From Candidatus Woesearchaeota archaeon (lineage in GTDB: Archaea > Nanobdellota > Nanobdellia > SCGC-AAA011-G17 > JAGVZF01): a stretch of DNA of 41,200 nucleotides. The stretch is from the NCBI GenBank assembly GCA_016185565.1, contig JACPNH010000031.1:1-41200 (forward strand), written 5' to 3'. Below, in pieces: positions 33,651 to 41,200 of the stretch. The position numbers were made by a program, and so were the translations under genes. How positions within the stretch are numbered: position 1 is the stretch's first letter; every line of letters begins with the position of its first letter. Below the pieces are notes generated by a model, which was given only the letters and a program-made list of their open reading frames with translations, made no database searches and had not been told where the DNA came from.

Positions 33651-34274
33651 ATGGAAAAACTGAGTCCTGAACAAATCAAGGAATTAAATGAAATAGCGAG
33701 ACTACCTAGAGAAGAACAGCAAGCCAGGTTACAAGAATTTTTAAGCACTTTAAGCGAGGAACAGATCGAATTTTTAAAAAGTCAACAAGAACAAAGCTGC
33801 CCATTTTGTAGTATAATTTTTGGAGGCGTAACTTCTAATAAAATTTATGAAGATGACAAGATTATGGCGGTTCTTGACATAAATCCTGCTAATGTAGGGC
33901 ATTTTATTACCTTTCCAAAAGAGCATATAAAAAATTCTTTTGAGATGAAACCAGAGAGTCTTATGTATTTGATTAGCGTAAGCAATTTACTAGCTAAAAA
34001 AATGCAGATTGTTGTTAAATCAGATGGGTTTAACATCTTAATATCAAATGGCTTAATCGCAGGGCAGAGAAGCGAACATTTTATAGTTCACTGTATTCCA
34101 AGATTTAAGGAAGATGAGATTAATTTCATTTGGAAGCCAAAAATGATGGACGAAAGCATTATCAACAATATTATTAAAGAATTTAGTAACTTTAAGGCTT
34201 ACAATGAAAGAAAAGTAGTTGGGGAAGAAAGAAAGAGTGATGAAGTTTATTATGAAGAAGATAGAATACCCTAA
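33651..34274 (+). CDS. HIT-family protein with ~48-aa helical N-terminal extension and degenerate histidine triad
   Basis: CPFCSII, IYEDDKIMAVLDINPANVGHFITFPKEH, and a triad region that reads EHFIVHCIPR instead of HxHxHxxPR. Confidence 0.7.
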   Translation: MEKLSPEQIKELNEIARLPREEQQARLQEFLSTLSEEQIEFLKSQQEQSCPFCSIIFGGVTSNKIYEDDKIMAVLDINPANVGHFITFPKEHIKNSFEMKPESLMYLISVSNLLAKKMQIVVKSDGFNILISNGLIAGQRSEHFIVHCIPRFKEDEINFIWKPKMMDESIINNIIKEFSNFKAYNERKVVGEERKSDEVYYEEDRIP

Positions 34275-35152
34275 ATGAAAAATAGCACTATATTACCAAA
34301 AACTAGACTTATAATTAAGGATATAAAAAAAGAAGGCACAAATGGAATCCCTTCTTTTATTGTAACATAGTTTATTTTGTTTTTGTATTTTTTTAAATTT
34401 TCTATGTCTTCCTTGGAGATGCCTATATTTCTTGGAGTATAAACTAGGTTGTTGTTGATAATTATTTTGTCAACTACCCAATCACCCTCTGTAAGCTTGT
34501 CTATTGTTATCTTTTTGAACATACAAGAATTTTCAACAGATTTTATGAATAAAGACAGATAAAGAAGAAATAATGAAATAATAACTGTAATAAAAATAAA
34601 GATTCTTAAAAATTCATCTAATAAAAAAGATAATAACAACAAAATTAATACTGACATAACTAATATCTTTCTTATACGTATATTTTTTCTTAGTATAGCT
34701 TTAAATTCCTTTTTTAGAAGATTGTTATTTTTAATTCCTAGATTGATTGCCCATAATATGCCATAAATAGCTCCTATGATAACTAAGTTTAGTAAGAAAA
34801 CAAGTATAAAAGGCAAAAAATTTATGTTCGGATTAAAGGTTTTTAATAAAGATTCAGGATAACTATAAAAAATAAGCCCAATTGCAATCAGCAGTTTAGC
34901 ATCTCCACAACCCCATTGTTTTGAATAGTACATTATGTTCGCTATTAAAAAACCTATAGCAAAACCAAAAAAAGGATTTATTAAAAAATGAATGTCCTTT
35001 TTAATTATGTAATTTATTAAAAAAAATGTGATGCCTATTATTATTAGGCTATAGTTTAACCAGTCTGGTACTTCCCTTGTTTTTAAATCAAATATTGAGG
35101 CAAAAAATACCCATATCAAGGCTATTAATACAAGCAATATTATTAAGTCCAT
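34271..35152 (-). CDS. A24-family prepilin/preflagellin peptidase (FlaK/PibD/EppA-like) with C-terminal soluble domain
   Basis: First catalytic Asp in FDLKTREVPDW and second in WGCGDAKLL (GxGDxKL). Polytopic, with a C-terminal KKITIDKLTEGDWVVDKIII... domain followed by a final TM. Confidence 0.8.
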   Translation of the reverse strand: MDLIILLVLIALIWVFFASIFDLKTREVPDWLNYSLIIIGITFFLINYIIKKDIHFLINPFFGFAIGFLIANIMYYSKQWGCGDAKLLIAIGLIFYSYPESLLKTFNPNINFLPFILVFLLNLVIIGAIYGILWAINLGIKNNNLLKKEFKAILRKNIRIRKILVMSVLILLLLSFLLDEFLRIFIFITVIISLFLLYLSLFIKSVENSCMFKKITIDKLTEGDWVVDKIIINNNLVYTPRNIGISKEDIENLKKYKNKINYVTIKEGIPFVPSFFISLIISLVFGNIVLFFI

Positions 35153-35227
35153 AATACTTGTTTAATTATAACTTATATAAAAATTGTATGGAAAGTTTTA
35201 AATAATTTGTTAAGATTAATAAATTAA

Positions 35228-35695
35228 ATGCTGACAGATAAGGAAATTTTTAAACTGGCAAATGATGCATATAATGATTTCTTAGCTAATTTTTTAGTAG
35301 AATGTCAGTTTGAAGTAGTATCTTTAAATAAGTTTTTGTTAATACTTGAAAAAAACCTTTATTTGCAGGAAATTTTTAAGGAGTCTTCATTAAAAAACCC
35401 TAAGGATATTAGTTTGCCTGTGTTGGTTACAAGCGGAGAAAAATATAAACTCTCTTTTTGTAGCAGTATACTTGGCAAAATACTGAAAGGATTTTCTAAA
35501 GAAAAGCAGAGAATGTTCATTTCAGCAATTACATTGCATGAGCTATATCATATTGTAAACCAGGTTGAAAGAAGAGAGCTGAATTTGTTTTCCTTTTTAA
35601 AATCAAATAAAAGGGCCTATCAAGAATTTAAAGAGGACTATAAAGAACTAGCTAGGATATTAGAAGAGGCTAAAAGAAGATTCAAGAAGAAATAA
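35228..35695 (+). CDS. hypothetical protein with HExxH motif (putative small metallopeptidase-like)
   Basis: AITLHELYHIVNQ is the only recognisable feature. No signal peptide. Confidence 0.4.
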   Translation: MLTDKEIFKLANDAYNDFLANFLVECQFEVVSLNKFLLILEKNLYLQEIFKESSLKNPKDISLPVLVTSGEKYKLSFCSSILGKILKGFSKEKQRMFISAITLHELYHIVNQVERRELNLFSFLKSNKRAYQEFKEDYKELARILEEAKRRFKKK

Positions 35696-35744
35696 TAAAG
35701 TCTTTAGTAAGGTTTAAATATAAATATATGATAAAGGTGGCATA

Positions 35745-36923
35745 ATGAAAAAGGCACAAGGCTCATCAATAATGGTCTTTCTGATATTATTGGCCTTATT
35801 TATAGTTTTATATGTTTTATTATTGCCGCCGGCTGCTAGGGAAGAACTTCTGGATTTAAACGTTACAGACAGTTCTGGAATTGGAATAGGTTCTAAGGCA
35901 AATACTTTGTTGTACGAAATCCCAGGAATTATTGTGGCTGAAGAGGATAATGAAATAGAACATAAAATGGACTCTGTAAATCTGTTTGTTAAATCCGAGC
36001 CTATCATAAAAGTGCTTTCAAATTCTATAGAGGTTGAAAGAAGCAGTTTTGGGAAGCAAGACCAGAATTTATTATTTAATGCAGATAGTTTAAGTAATCT
36101 TCAAAGTGCTTTATTGACCTTTACTGTTTTAGATTCTAGGGGGAGTTTAATTATAAGTTTAAATGGCCAAAATATCTATGAAAAGAGTGTGAAGAAAGGT
36201 ACCCAGGAGATAATACAACTGCCAAAAGACTTATTGACTGAAAAAAATGAATTAAAATTTTCAGTTAGCAGTCCTGGAATATTATTTTTTATTAAGAATA
36301 GATATTTTCTTAAGGATATAAGGCTGAAAGAAGAGCTTGAAAAAATAAATTCTAAAGAGACAAGGGTGTTTAGCATTTCCAATACAGAGCAGGACAATCT
36401 AGATAGTTCAAGGCTTGATTATTTTGTGTTTTGTAATTCCTTAGATGAACCAGCAACTTCGCTTAAAGTATATCTTAATGATCAACTTGTTACATCTCAA
36501 GTTGTGTCATGTGGGGGAGGAGAAAGAGGCATAGATTTAGATGTAGAAGACATAAAGCAAGGACAAAATGAACTTCTTTTTGTGATTGATAGCGGAGATT
36601 TTACAATAAGCCAGATTAAGCTGACAAACAAGCTTAAGAGAGGAATATTTAATGTGTATGAGTTTGATATTTCTAGGAAAGATTTTGACGAGGTTTTGAA
36701 GCAAAACAAGAAGGTATTATTGGTAATGACCTTTGCTGATAAAACCTCTGTAAAAAGGGGCAAGATTTTGATAAATGATGATCAAATAAGCTTAGACACA
36801 ACAAGCGATAAATTTGCAAAAGACATATCAAAGAGTGTAACCGATGGTATAAACAAGTTAAGAATAGTTCCAGACAAGGAACTAGCAATAAATACATTAA
36901 GAATCACATTTGAAACTGCTTAA
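35745..36923 (+). CDS. surface protein with class III (pilin-like) signal and three internal ~70-aa repeats
   Basis: MKKAQG|SSIMVFLILLALFIVLYVLLL; repeats centred on IISLNGQNI...NELKF, KVYLNDQLV...NELLF and KILINDDQI...INKLRI. SD AAGGTGG lies upstream. Confidence 0.6.
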   Translation: MKKAQGSSIMVFLILLALFIVLYVLLLPPAAREELLDLNVTDSSGIGIGSKANTLLYEIPGIIVAEEDNEIEHKMDSVNLFVKSEPIIKVLSNSIEVERSSFGKQDQNLLFNADSLSNLQSALLTFTVLDSRGSLIISLNGQNIYEKSVKKGTQEIIQLPKDLLTEKNELKFSVSSPGILFFIKNRYFLKDIRLKEELEKINSKETRVFSISNTEQDNLDSSRLDYFVFCNSLDEPATSLKVYLNDQLVTSQVVSCGGGERGIDLDVEDIKQGQNELLFVIDSGDFTISQIKLTNKLKRGIFNVYEFDISRKDFDEVLKQNKKVLLVMTFADKTSVKRGKILINDDQISLDTTSDKFAKDISKSVTDGINKLRIVPDKELAINTLRITFETA

Positions 36924-36979
36924 CTAAAAAACAAAGATTTTAATATTTGAATTCTTTTAATAATTTAAAAAGAGGAAAA

Positions 36980-38338
36980 ATGGCAGAAATTAAGGCTTCT
37001 GAAGGCATGCTTGAAAGTTATAGGGCCAGTAGAATTAGTGCTGCTTTTGACAGACCAGAACATATTATTCCAGGAGCTGTAGGATGGACTATTGGCAAGA
37101 TTTTAGGTTTTGCAATATTTTTTATAATGCTAGCATTAATGTTTATTGTAATTTACTTCTTCATTAAGTGCGGAACATTTGGAACCTGTAGTTATTTATG
37201 GGAGAAGACGGCTTTTACATTAAAAACAACAGTAGGCGAGGTTAATGAACGAACAGGATTATTTGACAGATTTTTTATTTTGCTTAGAACTGGCGGAGCG
37301 AGTGAAATTGGAGATGTTGATTTTGGACTTGAAAAAACAGAAACCAAGAAATTAATTAAACTTAATGATGTAATACCGAAGCCATTTTACTATCTTAACA
37401 CAGAAAAAGAGAAATTTCCTATAGGTATTGGGTCTTCTATACTATTAGAAGGGATTGCTACAGACGCAATGGTTAGCATGAATTGTGAATTAAAAGATTA
37501 TGATGGAATAGTTACTTATGAACATATTGGAAATTTAGAACCTGGTGAGAATAGGCATTTTATTATTCCTGCAAATACAAGAAGTTCTAGCATAGGATGC
37601 AATTTTGTAGATGGACTTAATGCACAAAATCCAGATGCTTTAGTTTATACTACTTCTGGAACGATGGGTATAACTTTTGAGTCTACTGCCGAAAGCAAGT
37701 GGAGGCCTTATATCATTCATTCAGAAGCCTTAAAACGATGGAGACAGCGAGAATCTTTGAATAAAGATGCTACGGAAAGCTTTGATGTTGCAGTCTTTAT
37801 AGAAAATGATCCGGCACATGCTTACGACAGTGGAGTGCTTGGAATGAAAACAGAACCATCTTATCAATCTTCTGAGGTTATAGAAATAAAAAGCGCAGAT
37901 TCTATGCCATTTGAAGAAAATAAACCATACACATTGTATATAAACTTTAAAACGCTTGATTCATTTTCTGGCAGATTAAAGGAGATTAAGAGCCTGAAAT
38001 TAAAGGTTCCAAGTTCGGTAGATTTGAATGTTAATGAGCAGAGTTGTGACTATCAGTTTTTAGACACCGAAGATGGAAATAAGGTTTATGCTTTGAAGAA
38101 AGAGGTGATTGAAAGGTATAATAAAATCTGCTCAAAAGAAAGTTTACAAAGATTTTCTATAAGCGAAAGCCAATGTACAACTAATTATTTGTTGGATGTA
38201 CCCACATATTGTAGAATGAAATTTAGTATAGAGGATGTTAAAGAGCTGCCCACATTTTTACAATTCATTGCAGATGCAGAGTATAGCTATGAAATGAAAG
38301 ATGACTTTATAATTGAGTTAAAAAGACTATTAATATAA
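36980..38338 (+). CDS. N-terminally TM-anchored extracellular protein (452 aa)
   Basis: The track start at 36947 is TTG; the ATG at 36980 follows AGAGGA. A single TM (ILGFAIFFIMLALMFIVIYFFI) is followed by a large Cys-containing beta-rich domain. Confidence 0.55.
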   Translation: MAEIKASEGMLESYRASRISAAFDRPEHIIPGAVGWTIGKILGFAIFFIMLALMFIVIYFFIKCGTFGTCSYLWEKTAFTLKTTVGEVNERTGLFDRFFILLRTGGASEIGDVDFGLEKTETKKLIKLNDVIPKPFYYLNTEKEKFPIGIGSSILLEGIATDAMVSMNCELKDYDGIVTYEHIGNLEPGENRHFIIPANTRSSSIGCNFVDGLNAQNPDALVYTTSGTMGITFESTAESKWRPYIIHSEALKRWRQRESLNKDATESFDVAVFIENDPAHAYDSGVLGMKTEPSYQSSEVIEIKSADSMPFEENKPYTLYINFKTLDSFSGRLKEIKSLKLKVPSSVDLNVNEQSCDYQFLDTEDGNKVYALKKEVIERYNKICSKESLQRFSISESQCTTNYLLDVPTYCRMKFSIEDVKELPTFLQFIADAEYSYEMKDDFIIELKRLLI

Positions 38339-38390
38339 GCGGTGTAGAAATCTATATAAAATGAGCATGTATAAGTTATGTAAGTTGAAA

Positions 38391-39266
38391 ATGAAAAAGC
38401 TATTATTTGCAATGGTTTTTTTGCTTTTGTTTATTACAGGTTGTAATAGACAAGATAATGATTTGCAATTGCAGCGTAGTTCTTGGATTACTGAGGTATA
38501 TGGAGATGGTATTAAAGCTGAAATGTATATGTTTCCAGGACCTAGGTTCCTTAAGCAAGGGGATTCTATTAGCTTGAAATTTGTGTTGACAAACTTCTTG
38601 AGTAATAGCATAAATGTCAAGATTAGTGTTGAGGATAGCGCAGACACAGCTCAGTTTGGTGGTATCCAAGAGCCTGCAGAGTTGGAGTATACATTAACGC
38701 CAGCGATTTCTAGTAGGGGGAGTATTGAAGAGTTAACAGTTCCAGGAACTACTGATATAACTTACAATAATCTGGGTTTAGTTAGCTTTTTGGCAACAAT
38801 AGACTATGGCGTGGATAAAGAATTCAATTCTGCTAAATTCTGCTTAAAATACAGCTCAAAAGCAATAATTAATAATTGCAATTTTATTGGAAGAGTGAAT
38901 GTGCCTGGCTCAAGTACATTGAGCAGTATAAATTACGAATACGCAGACAGCATAGGCAACGATGATGTTGTGGATAGAATGGAGATTGCATTTAGCATTG
39001 ATGAGAAATGCAATATAATTACTGATGACCAAAAAATAATAGAAGACTCTGAAGTTTATTTGAAAAATTCAGGCAATTTATTTGAATGTTATATTGACAA
39101 AAAAGAAAGCAACCAAAATCATAAGAGTATTAGATGTGTAAACGCTAATGAGCTTAATCTAAATCCAGGAACTCCATATTACTTTGAGAATACTGTAGCA
39201 AAGTTTAAATATGACTGTCAATTAGTGTTAAATTCAGGTTTTATTGACCTTAACCAAGGAGGATAA
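38391..39266 (+). CDS. putative lipoprotein (lipobox LFITGC), paralog of the next gene
   Basis: MKKLLFAMVFLLLFITGCNRQDN... The longer ATG at 38361 would add 10 residues before the signal peptide. Confidence 0.6.
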   Translation: MKKLLFAMVFLLLFITGCNRQDNDLQLQRSSWITEVYGDGIKAEMYMFPGPRFLKQGDSISLKFVLTNFLSNSINVKISVEDSADTAQFGGIQEPAELEYTLTPAISSRGSIEELTVPGTTDITYNNLGLVSFLATIDYGVDKEFNSAKFCLKYSSKAIINNCNFIGRVNVPGSSTLSSINYEYADSIGNDDVVDRMEIAFSIDEKCNIITDDQKIIEDSEVYLKNSGNLFECYIDKKESNQNHKSIRCVNANELNLNPGTPYYFENTVAKFKYDCQLVLNSGFIDLNQGG

Positions 39267-39269
39267 AAA

Positions 39270-40202
39270 ATGAGGTTGTCGAAACTTTTGATTTTTATGT
39301 TCATTATTTCAGTTATTTTGGTTGCAGGTTGTAAGCAAGATAATAAAAAACCATTAGGACCATTTAGGGGTGGAATAAATGGGGTAGATGTTTCATTTTT
39401 ACCTACATCACCAACATCAGAGTTTAATAAAGGTGACAACATACCTGTAAAAGTTTTATTGAAAAATAAAGGAGAATACGACCTTGCTGAGGGAGAAGCT
39501 TTTGTAAAAATTCTTGGTATACACCATGCTACATTTGGATTAAGTGATCAATATAAAGCTGCTACTGGTAAGATATTAGGAGTTTCTGAAGCCAGAGTTG
39601 AAGGTGGAGAACAACAAGTTGATATGGGCACGATAAATTATAATCAAGATATAATAAATTTCGAAGAGTTTGATTTAAGGGCTAATATATGCTATCCATA
39701 CGAAACAGTAACTCAACTAAATGCATGTATAAGCTCAACAATCTTAGAACAGGGAAAAGCACAAAAAACCTGTAGCATAGAAGGTGAAAAAATAGGCAAG
39801 GGTGATGTATCAAGTGCGCCTGTGCAAGTAACTAGTATAACTGAAAAATTTAGGGGGTCAGATCAATTGTGGTTTGACATTGTGATAGAAAATAAAGGAA
39901 AAGGTACAGTATATAGACCATTAGTACTATGCGGAGACTTAGATGATGCTGCAAGAAGACTAGATGCAGAAAATTTATTAGATGTCAAAATACCGGAAGA
40001 TATACAATGCGCATTTTTAGAGCAAACCTCTAGTTCTGGACAAGTGAGATTGAGTGCTGGTAAGGCTTTATTAAGGTGCAGCAGAAATGTAAAGGATACA
40101 AGTATATTTGAACAGAAAATAAGAATCGAACTGAGATATAAGTATTTGGACTCTACAACAAAACATATAAAGATATTTTCTACTACTACATCAACTACAT
40201 AA
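39270..40202 (+). CDS. putative lipoprotein (lipobox LVAGC), paralog of the previous gene
   Basis: MRLSKLLIFMFIISVILVAGCKQDNKK...; SD GGAGGA lies upstream. It shares the layout GD.I.(L/V)K(F/V).L.N with the preceding protein and has a Thr-rich C-terminus (STTTSTT). Confidence 0.6.
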   Translation: MRLSKLLIFMFIISVILVAGCKQDNKKPLGPFRGGINGVDVSFLPTSPTSEFNKGDNIPVKVLLKNKGEYDLAEGEAFVKILGIHHATFGLSDQYKAATGKILGVSEARVEGGEQQVDMGTINYNQDIINFEEFDLRANICYPYETVTQLNACISSTILEQGKAQKTCSIEGEKIGKGDVSSAPVQVTSITEKFRGSDQLWFDIVIENKGKGTVYRPLVLCGDLDDAARRLDAENLLDVKIPEDIQCAFLEQTSSSGQVRLSAGKALLRCSRNVKDTSIFEQKIRIELRYKYLDSTTKHIKIFSTTTSTT

Positions 40203-40232
40203 ATTTATTAATCTATATTTTTTCTCAATTTT

Positions 40233-41200
40233 ATGAAAATAATTACAGACTTCCAGATACATAGTAGGTTTGCTAGAGCCACTAGCAAGGATATTACAAT
40301 AGAGAATTTAGAGAAATGGGCGAGAATTAAAGGATTGAATTTACTTGGAACAGGTGATTTCCAACATCCTAAATGGTTTGATGAGATAAATGAAAATCTA
40401 GAAGAAGACAGCAATGGTATTTTATGGAGCAAGACAAAATTTCCATTTTTCTGGCAGACCGAGATTTCTTTAATGTACACACAGGATGGAAAAGGCAGGA
40501 GGATACATCATTTAATACTTGCACCAAATAAAGATATTGCAGGACAGATAATTGAGGCATTAGGCAGAAAAGGAAGGCTTGACTATGATGGTAGGCCTAT
40601 TTTTGGTTTTTCTAGTATAGAACTAGTGGACATGATGATGTCTATAAGCAAGGAAATAGAGATAATACCTGCTCATGTATGGACCCCTTATTTTGGATTG
40701 TTTGGAAGTATTACAGGTTTTGACAGTGTCGAAGAATGTTTTAAGGAAAAAAGCAAATATATTCACGCAATCGAAACTGGGATGTCATCTACCCCAGATA
40801 TGAATTGGATGATTTCTAGCTTAGACAAATATGCGTTAGTATCGAATTCTGACATGCACTCACATTGGCCATGGCGTCTTGGAAGAGAGGCCAATATTTT
40901 TGACATAAAACTGAGTTATAAAAATATTATAAATGCGATAAGGACAAGAAAAGGTTTTATAGAGACAATAGAAACAGACCCTAATTATGGCAAGTATCAT
41001 TATGACGGGCATAGAAATTGTAATTTTTCTTGTAGCCCAGAGGAGTCTAGAAAATTAAAAAATATATGCCCAGTATGCAATAAACCATTGACTATAGGAG
41101 TGCTTAATAGAGTAGAACAACTGGCTGATAGAGAATATGGATTTATGCCAAAAGATGCTGTTCTATTTAAGAAAATAATACCATTAAGCGAATTAATTGC
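40233..41200 (+). CDS. PHP-domain endonuclease, EndoQ-like (TIGR00375-type), 3' end runs off window
   Basis: Absent from the track because it is open at the edge. MKIITDFQIHSRFARATSKDITIENLEKWARIKGLNLLGTGDFQHPKWF..., HHLILAP, PAHVWTPYFGLFGS, ETGMSSTPDMNW, SNSDMHS, and a Zn finger CNFSC...CPVCNKPLT. Confidence 0.7.
   Translation, partial: MKIITDFQIHSRFARATSKDITIENLEKWARIKGLNLLGTGDFQHPKWFDEINENLEEDSNGILWSKTKFPFFWQTEISLMYTQDGKGRRIHHLILAPNKDIAGQIIEALGRKGRLDYDGRPIFGFSSIELVDMMMSISKEIEIIPAHVWTPYFGLFGSITGFDSVEECFKEKSKYIHAIETGMSSTPDMNWMISSLDKYALVSNSDMHSHWPWRLGREANIFDIKLSYKNIINAIRTRKGFIETIETDPNYGKYHYDGHRNCNFSCSPEESRKLKNICPVCNKPLTIGVLNRVEQLADREYGFMPKDAVLFKKIIPLSELI

Noticed and set aside
40208-40560. 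Two minus-strand ORFs (90 and 63 aa)
   Set aside because: They lie antisense to the EndoQ-like PHP gene, whose conserved blocks are clear on the plus strand.

Overview
AT-rich, gene-dense archaeal chromosomal segment. The gene content (Orc1/Cdc6, PolD DP1/DP2, Hef, RPA, RadA, aEF-1beta, membrane LonB, EndoQ-like PHP protein) and the many small or truncated genes fit a reduced-genome, DPANN-like archaeon; that lineage call is inference only. Layout: (i) partial lon and a PRC-barrel gene; (ii) a ~540-bp A/T-rich non-coding region with inverted ORB-like repeats and a perfect 2x16-nt A/T tandem repeat, a candidate oriC, directly upstream of a translationally coupled cdc6-DP1-DP2 operon; (iii) an N-terminally short ureohydrolase, Hef, an M50-like protease, TraB, a second PRC-barrel gene and three tandem paralogous membrane proteins; (iv) the most interesting part, an ~11-kb same-strand operon (16288-27327). 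It encodes a FlaI/VirB11-type secretion ATPase split by a 516-aa LAGLIDADG intein in its Asp box, a FlaJ/TadC-like platform protein, and 10-11 consecutive genes with class III (type IV pilin-like) signal peptides, including helix-only mini-pilins, a glycine-zipper pilin and a pilin with a dockerin-like Ca loop; (v) RPA, a DUF457 hydrolase, a small protein and RadA split by a 500-aa LAGLIDADG intein; (vi) a glycosyltransferase, a tRNA-Arg(GCG) that seems to carry two introns, Zn-ribbon/aEF-1beta and a HIT protein with a degenerate triad; (vii) an A24 prepilin peptidase on the opposite strand, followed by a four-gene operon of surface proteins (one more class III signal protein, a TM-anchored protein, two paralogous lipobox proteins); (viii) a partial EndoQ-like gene. 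I saw no CRISPR array, rRNA or transposase; the two inteins are the only mobile elements. All calls rest on reading the translations and the DNA by eye, and no database search was run.
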